Assembly (NCBI RefSeq): GCF_001194135.2
Contig: NC_068982.1
Coordinates: forward strand, 146,372,507 to 146,419,194
From: Octopus bimaculoides
Taxonomy: Eukaryota
Length of the DNA: 46,688 nucleotides
Direction: 5' to 3'
In this document: positions 1 through 11,981 of the stretch, one piece after another
How the letters are laid out: every line of letters begins with the position of its first letter
How positions within the stretch are numbered: position 1 is the first letter of the stretch
Translations under genes and position numbers: made by a program
The notes under the pieces: model-generated
Databases searched by the model: none
The model's input: only the letters and a program-made list of their open reading frames with translations
Told to the model about the DNA's origin: nothing

Positions 1-175
1 TTTCTTAAACATTCACTTGAACAAAACTGTACAAATCCAAATATATGGTACCCTAGGCATAACACCTACATGAACTTCTAACTTGTTGTCTCTTGAGGTC
101 TCTGGGTGAGACTTGGATCCAACTTGTACAAATGCAAAACAAAAGTCAAACATAAAATAATAATAATAATAATAG
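1..175 (+). mobile_element. 3' UTR end and (AAT)n tail of an R4/Dong-like non-LTR element (truncated by window start)
   Basis: Non-coding segment ending ...GAGGTCTCTGGGTGAGACTTGGATCC...CAAACATAA followed by about 6 AAT units. It has the same architecture (GAGGTC motif, short UTR, AAT tail) as the 3' end at 45438-45623. Family assignment is by recognition only. Confidence 0.55.
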
Positions 176-1850
176 CAGGAAGATCGTGAGAAAATATGGA
201 CTCTCAACAAGAGAACAACTAATGTCAGCGAATGAAACACTTAAACAAAATGATCAAGCGAAGGCTCAGAGAATACGCAGATTTGAGAAAAGAATCAGAT
301 TCTACAGGCAAAATAAGACGTTCAAATCCAATGCCAAATCATTTTACAGGGAAATAGGGAAAGAAAAAATAACCATCGAAAATCCACCCCTAATGGAAGA
401 AGTTGAAAACTTTTGGAAAGAGATCTGGAGTGATGAGAAACCATACAATGAAAATGCAGACTGGATCAAACGCACCCAAGATGCCTACAAAAATCTACAA
501 GAACAGGTATGGGAAGACATCTCAATCGCCGACCTAAGGAGGGCACTAACTAAGGCTCATAAGTGGAAATCCCCTGGTACTGATAGAATACCAAACTTCT
601 GGCTCTCATCACTCTCGTCCGCACACAAAATGTTAGTAATACTATTTAATAGTATTATGAAAGACCCAGAAAGAACTCTCCATTGGATGGCAAATGGTAT
701 TACTTACCTCCTCCCGAAAAATAACGAAACCAAAGACCCAAAAAACTACCGGCCTATAACATGTTTGTCTACTACCTATAAGACTTTGACATCTATTCTA
801 GTGGAGAAAACATATACGTTCAAGCTGGATCAAGCCTCGACCTCCCTGACCATCCACGTCTGCCTTTGGATGATGCATCTTATTACAAGTCAGTAACTTG
901 CGGATTTTTCTATCAATTTTGACTATTTCACTGGTATTCCAGTTAAGCACATTGAAGCTATAAAGAACAACTGGGACTGCTAAGGAATTTATGGTTAACA
1001 CCTTATTGTATGCATTCAGCTCAGACTTCAGAACTGCTCGAACTTACGTACAAAACCACCACAATCGGACTGGCCAAATACCTTGAAACAACCAACGATT
1101 GGATGCTGAAACCTGTTGAAACACATGAAAGACCGAAAAAACTTCACTCTATTCTGAAAGAGAGCAAAAAATTCGCTACCGAACTCTTAGATACCCACCA
1201 GCTCGATCAGGTTGAAGGAAATGCGCCAACTGCTACTGCAAAGAAAATAAAATTAATTGCAAAGACAAAAGCACATGAAAAATTAGCTAGCAGATGCGAA
1301 CAGAAACCTCTGCATGGCAAGTATGTGGCTCGTAGCAAACAAGCTGATGTCGACCAGAAACGCACGCNNNNNNNNNNNNNNNNNNNNNNNNNNNNNNNNN
1401 NNNNNNNNNNNNNNNAAAATCAAAACCGCTGACAAATGGTATAAACACCATCCTGAAGCTGTAACTGAGGGAGAAAATGTGTCAAATCTCTGGGACTTCC
1501 CCGTACATACCGACAAAACTATAAAAGCTAATAAACCGGATATTATTATAAAAGATCAGACAAAGAAGACGTGTTTATTAATTGACATGAGTATTCCCTC
1601 TGATCATAATATAGCGGCGAAAGAATTTGACAAGATCAGTAAATATAAAGACTTGCTAATAGAAATTGAAAAAATGTGGCACCTCAAGGCGACTACCATA
1701 CCAGTGATTGTAGGGTCTCTAGGAATGATAAAAAAAAGGTACTGAAGCCTATTTGAAAATGATACCAGGCTTACCATCCCTACAGGGAGTGCAACAAATC
1801 GTGCTAACTGGAACGACTCATGTACTGTGAAAACAACATCCATTCATGGT
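176..1850 (+). mobile_element. Rearranged R4/Dong-like (RLE-clade) non-LTR retrotransposon ORF remnant
   Basis: 186-817 encodes the RT N-terminal motifs KSPGTD and NYRPITCL. 818-1034 is inverted (LNAYNKVLTINSLAVP...MHHPKADVD..GGRGLIQLE on the minus strand). 1035-1367 continues LELTYKTTTIGL...KPLHGKY. After the gap, 1416-1850 encodes WDFPVHTD..KPDIII..CLLIDMSIP..KISKYKDL..IPVIVGSLG, a PD..D restriction-like endonuclease domain. The RT core is missing, and frameshifts and stops are present. Confidence 0.9.
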
Positions 1851-1975
1851 ACTTAATTTATCCAGCCTAAATGGATGAAAGGTAGAGTCGACCTCGGTGG
1901 AATTTGAATTTAGAACGTAAAGGCAGGCGAAATACCGCTATGCATTTTGCTCGGCGTGCTAACGATTCTGCCACC
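1850..1975 (-). mobile_element. tRNA-derived SINE (octopus-type family A), partial
   Basis: The reverse complement reads GGCAGAATCGTTAGCACGCCGAGC...TTCTAAATTCAAATTCCACCGAGGTCGAC, with A/B-box-like motifs. It is homologous to the copies at 11779-11981 and 31104-31280. Confidence 0.8.
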
Positions 1976-2861
1976 AGTCTGTTGTCACCTGCTGTAGACG
2001 GCTATTAAAACACGAGCACAGAAATCAGGCATGTGGAAATAGAGCTCATAGGGCAGACCATGCAGTCTTGGTGACTTGTGCCCCGCATAGGGGCTCAGCA
2101 ATTCTGCCATTTGCTCAGCAGAAATCGGTTTCTCTCAGCAAAAGTGCTGCTGAAACACTGTGCTTATCTTTGATTTCCATTAATAAGTCCTTAGCGTGAG
2201 AGTGCTTAATACAAATATATTCACACAGCTTATATTTTTAATAGGAAATCCTTGATTAAAATTTCATTTCTAAAGTGAAATAAAAGTATCATATTATTCA
2301 AATGTGTATTTCACTTACATGCAAACAATATATTTCCTTCACACAATATCTACGCTCTGCTTAAATTATGCTTATCAGAAATGTTCACGATTCATTTTCT
2401 TTCAGTAATTTTGTCACTGCAGTACACTCTATGCACTTCTCTAGCTACTTCTAGGACAAAATAAAATTCAATCAATTTATGTAATATATCAAATATTATA
2501 TCATTATATATCGTTCCAGTATCTTGTGAAATTAATTGGTGACGCAGTGTTGCAGCGGGAAAATATTTTCGGTGTGTTATTCAGCTTCCATCAGGTATTG
2601 TGATGCTTATATCCAATATTTCGCGTGTTTTTTTAATAAAAATAGCACTGCATAAACCCACAAAACAACAGATGTTAGACTCTGTGACGCCTTTCGTGAT
2701 AGAATTCTTCAATTACTGTTGAAAATGGTGTAGTAGCATCCATATCTAATTAGAGTTTTAAGATTACATGCGTTTTATCTCATTTATATATAGTAGTATT
2801 CTAGTACTATTCACAATATAGATAGGTATGTTAGATTTTATTTCTAATGACATACGTCACT

Positions 2862-2955
2862 CGTATCACTATTTCTGTATCATTTTATGGATCTATTAAC
2901 GTGCTGCTATTGCAGCGGATTAATAGATCCATAAAATGGTACAGAATTGGTATAT
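2862..2955. ncRNA. Near-perfect RNA hairpin, pre-miRNA-like candidate
   Basis: 27-nt arms at 2873-2899 and 2920-2946 pair with 26 Watson-Crick pairs and 1 G-U. An inner GCTGC-TATT-GCAGC stem-loop and an imperfect basal extension of about 10 bp complete the fold. There is no expression evidence. Confidence 0.35.
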
Positions 2956-4384
2956 TCTATGTTTGTAAAATGTGACAAAGATTATTTTGAAATGGATTTC
3001 TTTGAAATTTAAGTACAATTCCTCGAAATATTCAAAACGTTTCAAATATAACATGTAAGGAATTGGGCATGCTATGCATTGCAATGTAAACATAGTGTAT
3101 AATAAGTATACTCATATATACAATGTGTATATTTGTTTAAAGCATGTCCATGCATAGCTATATCTCCATCTAAATCAACCAAACATCTATCTAGCTAATT
3201 GTATGTTAGAGCGAAATTTCCATCTCCCTCGGTCCTCAAAGACAAATTTCCAATTATGTTCATCTGTGTGAACCTCATTGTGTTTCAGTTATATCTTCTA
3301 TATTGTTTATATTCTTTTATTGGATTTTTTTATCGTACATTATCTGTTTTGCCAGCCATTGAAAGAAATTCCTTGTAGAACCCACATGAATTGTTATGCC
3401 ATAAGACTATTGCTACTTCAATGTTCTCTCTACAGAATTCAAAGTATCATTAACCTGCATCTAATTTCAAATGTATTGACCTCAATCTCACTATCAACTT
3501 CCAACACCTATGACTCAACTACAAATGGCTGTTAGAGCTACGATAAGAACGAGATTTCCTATTATTGTTATAACTAGGTTTCTATGTTAGTCTGCTAAAA
3601 CCATTTTTGTAATTGTTAATCTGCATTTTATTTCAACACTTAATTTCACATCAAATGTTAGTTTTCTCAGATAGATTTTATTAAGTGATTTGAACTGCGC
3701 CCTTGCTCTCTCAAATGAATTCATGTATTCTAAATATCAGTTTTCTAGCTCAGCACCTATTTTTGAAAACCTGAGAAAGACTCAAAGAAAGAAGCACGTG
3801 TTCCCGTTTTATATAATTTATTGATCTATACGTGTGGAATATTTCCGAACAGCTTATTTACTAAATTTGTCGGCACTCGCCGATAAAGAATTTGGGAACG
3901 AAGAATGAGGAACGTGTAACTAGTCGTTTTTGTTGCTTTTGTTCTGGTCACTGCTTCTGCTGCGGCGGTTGCTGGTGCTTCTCTTGTTTCTGTTGCTAAT
4001 CGATGTGACTAATACTAAAATGAACTGCAGAATAAGCAGTATTTCTAAAAGTGTAACATGAGATTTGAGAATTATTTAGCTGGTATTCCTATATGGTCTA
4101 GCAAGTAATTAGAATCACTTTCAGTTAGTATCACTACACACCTGTGATTGATAAATCAATTTAAATCTATTTGATCATAGCAAAGACGTCAATAGTCGCT
4201 TCCATTGTTTTGCAGCTATTTTTTTATTTTAATTTATTTTATTTTTTTGATTGACATGTAGTTACGATTTGTTGCATGCCAGCCTCTATTTTTGAAAACG
4301 AAGCATACATATATATCTATAACTACATAAATATGTACGCGCGCGCATGTATGCATACGTATCCCTCTGATTTTGTATATATGC

Positions 4385-4396
<12 letters not shown>

Positions 4397-4438
<42 letters not shown>
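4397..4438. repeat. (AT)n microsatellite
   Basis: Direct reading of the sequence. Confidence 0.95.
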
Positions 4439-4440
<2 letters not shown>

Positions 4441-7400
4441 TCACATAGAACATTAAGAACTAAGCATTAAAAAACGAACATTGAAAATAACAAATAACAA
4501 ATCAGCGAGCACGTACATATGGAATGTATTAGCTTGATGCTCAGTAAAGGTGGAAAAGAAGAGTGGGATTTTTATGTTTCAAGCATAGCCCTTTGTCTGA
4601 TAAGAAGGGAAAGGAATGGCCCAGAGAAAGAAAAAGTCCAGGAAAAGCACTTGTGTAGTTACATGGCTGAAGTACTGTATAGCATTATATGTCTGTGAGT
4701 AAAGGTACACCGTTCTTTTATCTGTGTATCATTTATTTCGATTGGCACTTATAAGGCAATACATTAAATAAAATGCTAAAATAGTAGAAGGTATTTAACG
4801 TAGTTCTTTATTTGTTCTTCATTCTAACTCAAGCCTTCTATACGACAGTAGATACAGGCAAATACCAAAGTGTATTCTAATCGAAATAAGCGAAACGGAG
4901 ATTAAAGAGCGAGGTGCCCCTCCTCAGGTCTCTTGACTGGGCACATCTGCACCGAATAAAGCACCGCAATTAATTGTATAGGAGCACGAGGGACCGATGC
5001 ACGATGGGTCGAAACGATCGTAGCGATTACTAAAGAATTTCATGAGTACGATTTTCTTTCTCTTTCGTATGTTATATATATAATTTCTATGTATTGTACG
5101 ACATGCGTATAATTTTGGGATGACATTTTAATCCCTCGATGTCTTTTAAACAACTTGCACACGCAAGTGCTTCCAGTCGAGAACTCCGCATACCGGAAGC
5201 CAGCAAGTGTATGAGGTCATCAGAAGAGAATACGCACCGTTTCGGGGCCTACCTCTCGACGGCATCAATGCCCCCCCCCCCAATGATATGAGGCTCCGCT
5301 TGCTAGATCAACTGTTTATTAAATATAGTGCAATATTTCTCTAGCCATCACTCATCGACTCTTTTTAACCAAATCCAGTGGCTAGCCTTCCCCACTGTAG
5401 TTTCGATATCGGTCATGGTGGTATTTACCTTACTATGAGTTAGGCCTAACGATAACAACAGTCGTCTCACTCTGTATCCAACAAACCCTCTATATCCGAC
5501 TTGGATTGGATTTTTTTTTTATTTTGTATGTAAACACTTTGTTTTGAGCCAAATGGAGAAAATATAATGGCATACATAGAAGAATTACCAAACAGAATAC
5601 TGAAAGCCGTAATGGGTGTCTTTGAAGCATTCTTTTCATTCTAATATTTCAATATTGAGGACCCATAAGAAGTTAGTATTACAAATGAATAGTGCATTGG
5701 TATATATGTATATATGAGCTTGTGCAATTTTGTATTTGTGCATGTATTTAGATATGCATGTATTTAGATATGCATGTAGTCACATGTGCATGGATGTGTG
5801 ATCGGAGACTATCTTATCTCATCTTAACTTCTGTAAAGTAATACCAGTTAACGTATAAAATGATAAATTAACAATCATTTAAGAGAAAGATTAGTTTTCA
5901 TTTTACAATTGAAATAACTAGTACTTAATAATTGATAGAATCCAGTTTGTAATTAAATTATGCTTTTAGGCGTTTAGAATAGAGTTCTCAACTTTTACTT
6001 TAAATAGACTTTTTTTTATATTCTGAATCGGCTGTATACTAATAAGATAGTCACTTTGCTTTCTGTATAACAGTATTCATTCGTTTTCCTTCTATCCGTA
6101 ACCTTTAACATTGATTCCCTTTCATAAAATTTCATTCAGTTCGATAGTAAATCAGTATCATAAATAATTTCAATTCACACATTTAGAAATTCGTCATTCT
6201 GCACTTTCGGTCCAAATAACTGTTAATCATCAAAAATTGTTCTGTATCACGTTTATCATCATGTTTGTTCAACTTAATGGTATATGTCAATTCGTATTCT
6301 ACAACATTTTTGAGAATCACATGAAGGTAAGGTTCCCATTAGACCCTTAAACATTACTTTTGGTAATTCAATTTTCATTTGGTTAATGAATGCTACTATA
6401 CCGATTATTGATAAATTCCTGGAACATTCTGTCTGTTTAAGAATCTAGGTGTATCGAATGAAACTGGACAATGTCAGTAACTGACAGATTTAGAATGTCA
6501 ATTATTTGAGCTCAATACCAATTGCCTAGTTCTTATCACAATTATGATTCTATGAAGATATGTTGTATCAACGTTTTAGGTGATTTACTTATGAAGCAAC
6601 TATGTAATTGAAAGAGAGAATACTGGTTGTCTAAAAAATAAAGCTCTAGATTACACTTTACTTCGTGACAGTAAATATACTAAGTGTATTGACCTAAAAC
6701 CTGTTCGGTAATTTCAGTTTTCAATAGCTATATGAATTGAATAACGTATGAGGCACATGAATGCTAAGGCGAAGAACTGACAACTTTATTTATAAAATCA
6801 CATATCTAATATTGGGGGACAATATGTTCATCGTTACCTACTGATTCAAGGATAGTCAGTATGATGTATCATTTCTCCTTCAAGCTACTGAATTCAAACT
6901 AAAGTTTCACTTCAGAGAAGCGCATGCACTAAGGTTAAGTGGCTGAACCAATGACGAATACATTAATTTAATAATATACTTAGAATGTATTAATTCAATA
7001 ATGACGGACGCATTTAATAATATACCTAGGGTGATAAATGAAATGAGAAATAGAGAAGGATTCCCAAAAGTTTTAGAATACCCTTATAGTTCGGGCGTAA
7101 AGAATACAGTAAAAAAAATGTGTTTACATAGATCCTGTTTATTTGGATAGCCACATAGTGACTCCGTATTATTCCGGTGTCTATGCTAGTAGCACCAGCT
7201 CTCCAAATGCTGGTTTTGTTGGTACTGTAGAGGTCACATTAGCAACAGTGGTGATGAGGGCAGCGTTGAAAGACTGGCTCCAGGTTGACAGCATTGGTGG
7301 TGAAGGTGGTTGTCGATGGTGGTGCATCGCGTGGTGATGTTGTCTAGAATGGTTGGTGATAGTGAAAAGTGTCATAGTACTAGCGAAGTATGCCATTTGT

Positions 7401-7756
7401 TCTTGTAGTAGTCGTTGGCAAGGTGCCAACCTATAGTCAGCCTTCTATCAACGTCCTTAATTTAACCTTGTTGTGTAGAAGTATAACCCCACTATTTAGT
7501 TGTCTCGTAATGGACTATGCCACAGTATAAATGGACATACGCAGCGAGTGTGGGAAGAAAGTCGGTGATCTTAAAGAAACGTGTCGTTCTACGTTAAACC
7601 ATTTGTGATTCCGGTACAGATAAGTTATCTTTTGTTGAAGGTTCTCTCTAACGAGTTTACCCATTGTTGAAACTGTCGAACTATTGTTAACTAACTGTTG
7701 TACTGTTTACCTTGTTTTTGTTTTCTCCCCCATTAGGAGCAAAATAGCATTATGCT

Positions 7757-8658
7757 ATGGGAGTGTTGCAGGTACAAACACGAGCCGCAAGCTACGCTTC
7801 GGTAGTAAACCTCCAGAATGTTACAACCACCGTTAACCGGCTGGAAGTGGAATAGGTACAAGTGGATTTGGAAATTTTGAAGAGCAAGGATTTAATTCAG
7901 AGAGAGGGGTCAGGGCTAAAGTTGCCTCCCCCTACAAAAATGAAAAACAAGAAAATGGTAGTTTACAAAACGCTGTCAGTCAAGAGTAAGAAAATGAAGA
8001 TAGCAAGTGAAGAAGCCATAGAGGAGTGCCTGAAAGAAATCAGGAATGATATCCAATTTTTTGTAGAGGAAGAAGATTCGGCACAGTGAAAGTGCGTTTT
8101 GCTACCGTAGAGGAGGCAATAAAATACTCCACTATGACATTAAGAACGGAGGAATGGGCGCTCCTGCCAACCTATCTTGGTAAACGTGTGGTGAGAGTAA
8201 GGATTGGTAGGGTTCATCCCTGAGGACGCCGGGATGTGGCTGCTTGCAGCAATTATGACGGGAACAAAAGAGGAGTCAAAAATACTGTGACTCGGACAAA
8301 GCAACTGAACTGGAGAGTATATGGCCTGGAAGTTGTAATCGAGGCCACCTCACAGGACTTGAAAGAAATTGTAGAGGACATTTAGCTGTCAGAAGAAGTA
8401 AAGCTGGGAGTGGTGATGGAGAGGAGACCTCCCACTTGCTACCACTGCGGAAAGAAGAGGCACATAAGGGTGAGCTGCAACCTTTTAAACAACCAGACAG
8501 TAGCGGAGGAGGAGCAGGAAGAGAAGAGCAAGAGAGTCGACAGGATAAAGGAAGCCATAGAAGCAACAAATGTGGAAAGTATAGACGAAGAGTTCGAGGA
8601 AATGCAGAACAGAAAGAGAAAGGAACTAAAAAATTCCAACACCCTGCAAAGAATCTGA
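7757..8658 (+). pseudogene. Disrupted gag-like/ORF1 of a retroelement (L1/Tx1-like) with CCHC zinc knuckle
   Basis: Stitching frames gives MGVLQVQTRAASYASVV...GTVKVRFATVEEA (RRM-like)...CYHCGKKRHIRVSC (exact CX2CX4HX4C), then an acidic/basic coiled tail. In-frame stops and frameshifts are present. Confidence 0.75.
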
Positions 8659-9368
8659 ACAAAAGAAAAAGAAAGAAACAAGTAACACACAAGCATCCAA
8701 CACACAAAGAAAAAATATGGAAAACACATTCACACAGTCTACCACACCACCGCAAACACCCATTAAAACCACAAACATCCCAAACTATCCAGAATCTCCA
8801 AATAAACATACACTAATAGAAACATATGTAAACACACAAGTAGACACACAAATCTCACAGGCCAGTCACAAAAATATGTCAAATATGATGACCTATGTGA
8901 CAAGCACGGCCATCGAGAGAAAATTTCAAAGATCAAATCAGCAATAAGTGTTGAATTGCCTGTGGGGTGCTACCCAACAGACATAAAATGCATACTATTA
9001 GATAAGGACAGGTACAAAAAAACCAAAAGGAATTTTTGGCAATGACAGAGAGCCACCGAGACCAGAGGTAAGATATGTCTCTCTACCTGCCGTGATGGAA
9101 TATGAGAATTTGAAACAATATATGATCTGATAATGTAAGTGTAAATTTGATTTAAAATCAATAAATATTGAAGAAAAAATGGTTAAACGGTACTACTCGG
9201 GAGTGGGGCTCGAGTAGCCATTTCACCTTCATAAACTATATAATTCATTTCATTCCTTCCTTTATGTTTTATGTCCCCACTTTGTGTTGCCTGTCCTTGT
9301 GCTGTTTCTTTGTGTTGGGTCCTAGATGCCAATAAAGAAATTGAGTCGATGAGCTGTGTAAAGCCTGG

Positions 9369-9445
9369 GATTTGTCGAGTGTAATTAGAACGATTTGTCG
9401 AGTGTAATTAGAACGATTTGTCGAGTGTAATTAGAACGATTTGTG
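9369..9445. repeat. 23-bp tandem repeat x3.3 (GATTTGTCGAGTGTAATTAGAAC)
   Basis: Three identical adjacent units at 9369, 9392 and 9415, plus a partial fourth. No spacers. Confidence 0.95.
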
Positions 9446-10059
9446 AGGACGTTATTTATTATCCCGTTACATCGTACGTCGAACGTGCGCTACAACAGAC
9501 CTCTACATTACGTGAAATACATTTAATATAACAAAAAGGTAAATAATATCTTTTCATATACTTACATTCAATAAAAATATTACGATAATGGTTTGAGAAT
9601 TTATTCGTCTTAGAATAACATAGAAACATTAATTAATGAAATATGCCTGCGGTCGCATAACAAGTAATTTAAATTGCATATATGTTTTTCAAATTGAATC
9701 AAATTATTAAAGACTACCAGGCATGAAATAATGCATTCTCCCACGCATTAAATGTGATTGTTTCGATTTGAGTTCATAATAGCATCTAGTTTATTCCACT
9801 GGATAGAAAAACGGTATCTTTATTAAGTGGACGTGTGAATTAAACGTACAATGATATATTTCTGGTACCGATATCATTCACTCGTTGAACAGAGTAAAAG
9901 CGGTCGCGCATGGAATTCGAACATAATCTTTCCTTTGTCACTTATCGCTTTGTCCATTTCAAAGTTTTAAGTGTTAGATTTTATAACAGTTAAAGCACAT
10001 GAACCAATTTTTGTCTTTGTATTCAGTCAAAATACACTGCTGACGATAAGAGTTATTAA

Positions 10060-10410
10060 TGGTTTCAAATTTTGGCACAACGCTGGTAATTTTAGGAGTG
10101 TATTAGTAGATATCATCGAGACCAGTACTTGACTATTTTATTGACCCTTTAAGACAAAGTCGATCATGCGAAATTTGAAATTTAATGTCAGAATGTAATC
10201 AGCCGAAAGAGGAAAGAATGTTGCTTTCTAATTTCAGCACAAGGTCAATAATGTTGATAGTATGGGAGTAGTGGATACCATCGACCGCAGTACTTTATTT
10301 TATGTAGGTCGAAAGTCGAAATCGGCATAGTTTGAAGTCAGAACATGATGATAGAATAAATTCCGCTAAGCGCTCTGCCTGACATGTTAACGCTTCCACC
10401 AATTAGCTGC
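10060..10410 (-). mobile_element. Two tandem degenerate SINE copies (family A)
   Basis: GGTTTCAAATTTTGGCACAA...ATCGA..CCAGTACT...AAAGTCGA...AATTTGAA at 10060-10210, and a second copy at 10230-10410, resemble 11779-11981 with many substitutions. Confidence 0.6.
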
Positions 10411-10438
10411 TGTATTATGATGATAATGAGGATGGTGA

Positions 10439-10505
<67 letters not shown>
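10439..10505. repeat. (TAT)n microsatellite
   Basis: Direct reading of the sequence. Confidence 0.95.
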
Positions 10506-10508
<3 letters not shown>

Positions 10509-11677
10509 AGTCAAGACGAAGAGTGCGATTTTAGATGTTTTATTTTTTGAACAATATTTCGACAGAACGTCTGTCTTTCTCAAGTTCAAACCAAAAGGTG
10601 ATTGAAAATTCAAAATTTCAGAAACCAAACGTAAACTATGAACGTGAGTAACCAGCGTCCATACGTTGATAGAATGACATCNNNNNNNNNNNNNNNNNNN
10701 NNNNNNNNNNNNNNNNNNNNNNNNNNNNNNNNNNNNNNNNNNNNNNNNNNNNNNNNNNNNNNNNNNNNNNNNNNNNNNNNNNNNNNNNNNNNNNNNNNNN
10801 NNNNNNNNNNNNNNNNNNNNNNNNNNNNNNNNNNNNNNNNNNNNNNNNNNNNNNNNNNNNNNNNNNNNNNNNNNNNNNNNNNNNNNNNNNNNNNNNNNNN
10901 NNNNNNNNNNNNNNNNNNNNNNNNNNNNNNNNNNNNNNNNNNNNNNNNNNNNNNNNNNNNNNNNNNNNNNNNNNNNNNNNNNNNNNNNNNNNNNNNNNNN
11001 NNNNNNNNNNNNNNNNNNNNNNNNNNNNNNNNNNNNNNNNNNNNNNNNNNNNNNNNNNNNNNNNNNNNNNNNNNNNNNNNNNNNNNNNNNNNNNNNNNNN
11101 NNNNNNNNNNNNNNNNNNNNNNNNNNNNNNNNNNNNNNNNNNNNNNNNNNNNNNNNNNNNNNNNNNNNNNNNNNNNNNNNNNNNNNNNNNNNNNNNNNNN
11201 NNNNNNNNNNNNNNNNNNNNNNNNNNNNNNNNNNNNNNNNNNNNNNNNNNNNNNNNNNNNNNNNNNNNNNNNNNNNNNNNNNNNNNNNNNNNNNNNNNNN
11301 NNNNNNNNNNNNNNNNNNNNNNNNNNNNNNNNNNNNNNNNNNNNNNNNNNNNNNNNNNNNNNNNNNNNNNNNNNNNNNNNNNNNNNNNNNNNNNNNTCAC
11401 TTGCTATTTCCTTTAAACGTGATTGAATATTCTTCTTTCTCTCTTTTTCTTTTCTTTTTCTGTCGTTTTCCTTTTTCTGTCTTTCTTTCTGCTTATTAAA
11501 AAACTGACAAAAGCTGATGATGTCATTCTGGTTACTCACGTTCATAGTTTACGTTTGGTTTCTGAAATTTTGAATTTTCAATCACCTTTTGGTTTGAACT
11601 TGAGAAAGACAGACGTTCTGTCGAAATATTGTTCAAAAGATAAAACATCTAAAATCGCACTCTTCGTCTTGACTATT
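10506..11677. mobile_element. Long-TIR element (MITE or non-autonomous DNA transposon), interior mostly in gap
   Basis: 10506-10681 is the reverse complement of 11519-11677 with one substitution and one 17-nt indel. The ends read ..TA|GTCAAG...CTTGAC|TA.., compatible with a TA TSD. Confidence 0.7.
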
Positions 11678-11715
11678 TACCTTCGTGAAGAGTTACGTCA
11701 ATCCTTTTTTTTAAA

Positions 11716-11728
11716 TATTATTATTATT

Positions 11729-11764
<36 letters not shown>
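11716..11764. repeat. (TAT)n-(AAT)n self-complementary microsatellite
   Basis: About 5 TAT units directly followed by about 11 AAT units. Confidence 0.9.
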
Positions 11765-11766
<2 letters not shown>

Positions 11767-11778
11767 TCCTTTCATCTA

Positions 11779-11981
11779 TAGGCACAAGGTTTTAAATTTG
11801 GTGGAAAGGGGCCAATCAATTCGATCGACGCCAGTACGCAACTGGTACTTAATTTATCGACCCCGAAAGGATGAAAGACCACGTCAACCTCAGCAGAATT
11901 TGAACTCAGGACATAAAGACAGTCGAAATACTGCTAAGCATTTCGCCCAGCGCGCTAATGAGTCTGCCAGCTTACCGCCTT
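11779..11981 (-). mobile_element. tRNA-derived SINE (family A), near full length
   Basis: The minus strand begins AAGGCGGTAAGCTGGCAGACTCATTAGC (A-box-like), then CTGAGTTCAAATTC (B-box-like), then CTTTCGGGGTCGATAAATTAAGTACCAG and a CCTTGTGCC tail. It is flanked by AAT arrays. Confidence 0.85.

Larger units (their letters stand above)
7469..9497 (+). mobile_element. LTR-like unit (TGTTG...CAACA) enclosing a gag/ORF1 remnant
   Basis: Termini are TGTTG at 7469 and CAACA at 9493-9497. Flanking 5-mers are AACCT (7464-7468) and GACCT (9498-9502), a 4/5 match to a TSD. A TATA-like GTATAAAT lies near 7524 and AATAAA near 9331. Confidence 0.4.

Noticed and set aside
5205-5270. Minus-strand GAAAC...CTGATGA (also CTGATGA at 25440-25446 minus and 46043 plus) as hammerheads
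   Set aside because: The order or spacing is incompatible with types I-III or no helices form; the 46043 motif lies in Tx1 coding sequence.
6188-6327. Hydrophobic frame ending at an AAG|GTAAGG donor as a GPCR TM exon
   Set aside because: T-rich DNA readily gives hydrophobic frames, the acceptor is weak and no partner exons were found.
9369-9445. 23-bp direct repeats as a CRISPR array
   Set aside because: The units are contiguous with no spacers, there are no cas genes, and the context is eukaryotic.
11900-11981. SINE heads (also 24930-24990, 31104-31190) as tRNA genes
   Set aside because: They have A/B boxes but no complete cloverleaf, and they continue into SINE body sequence.
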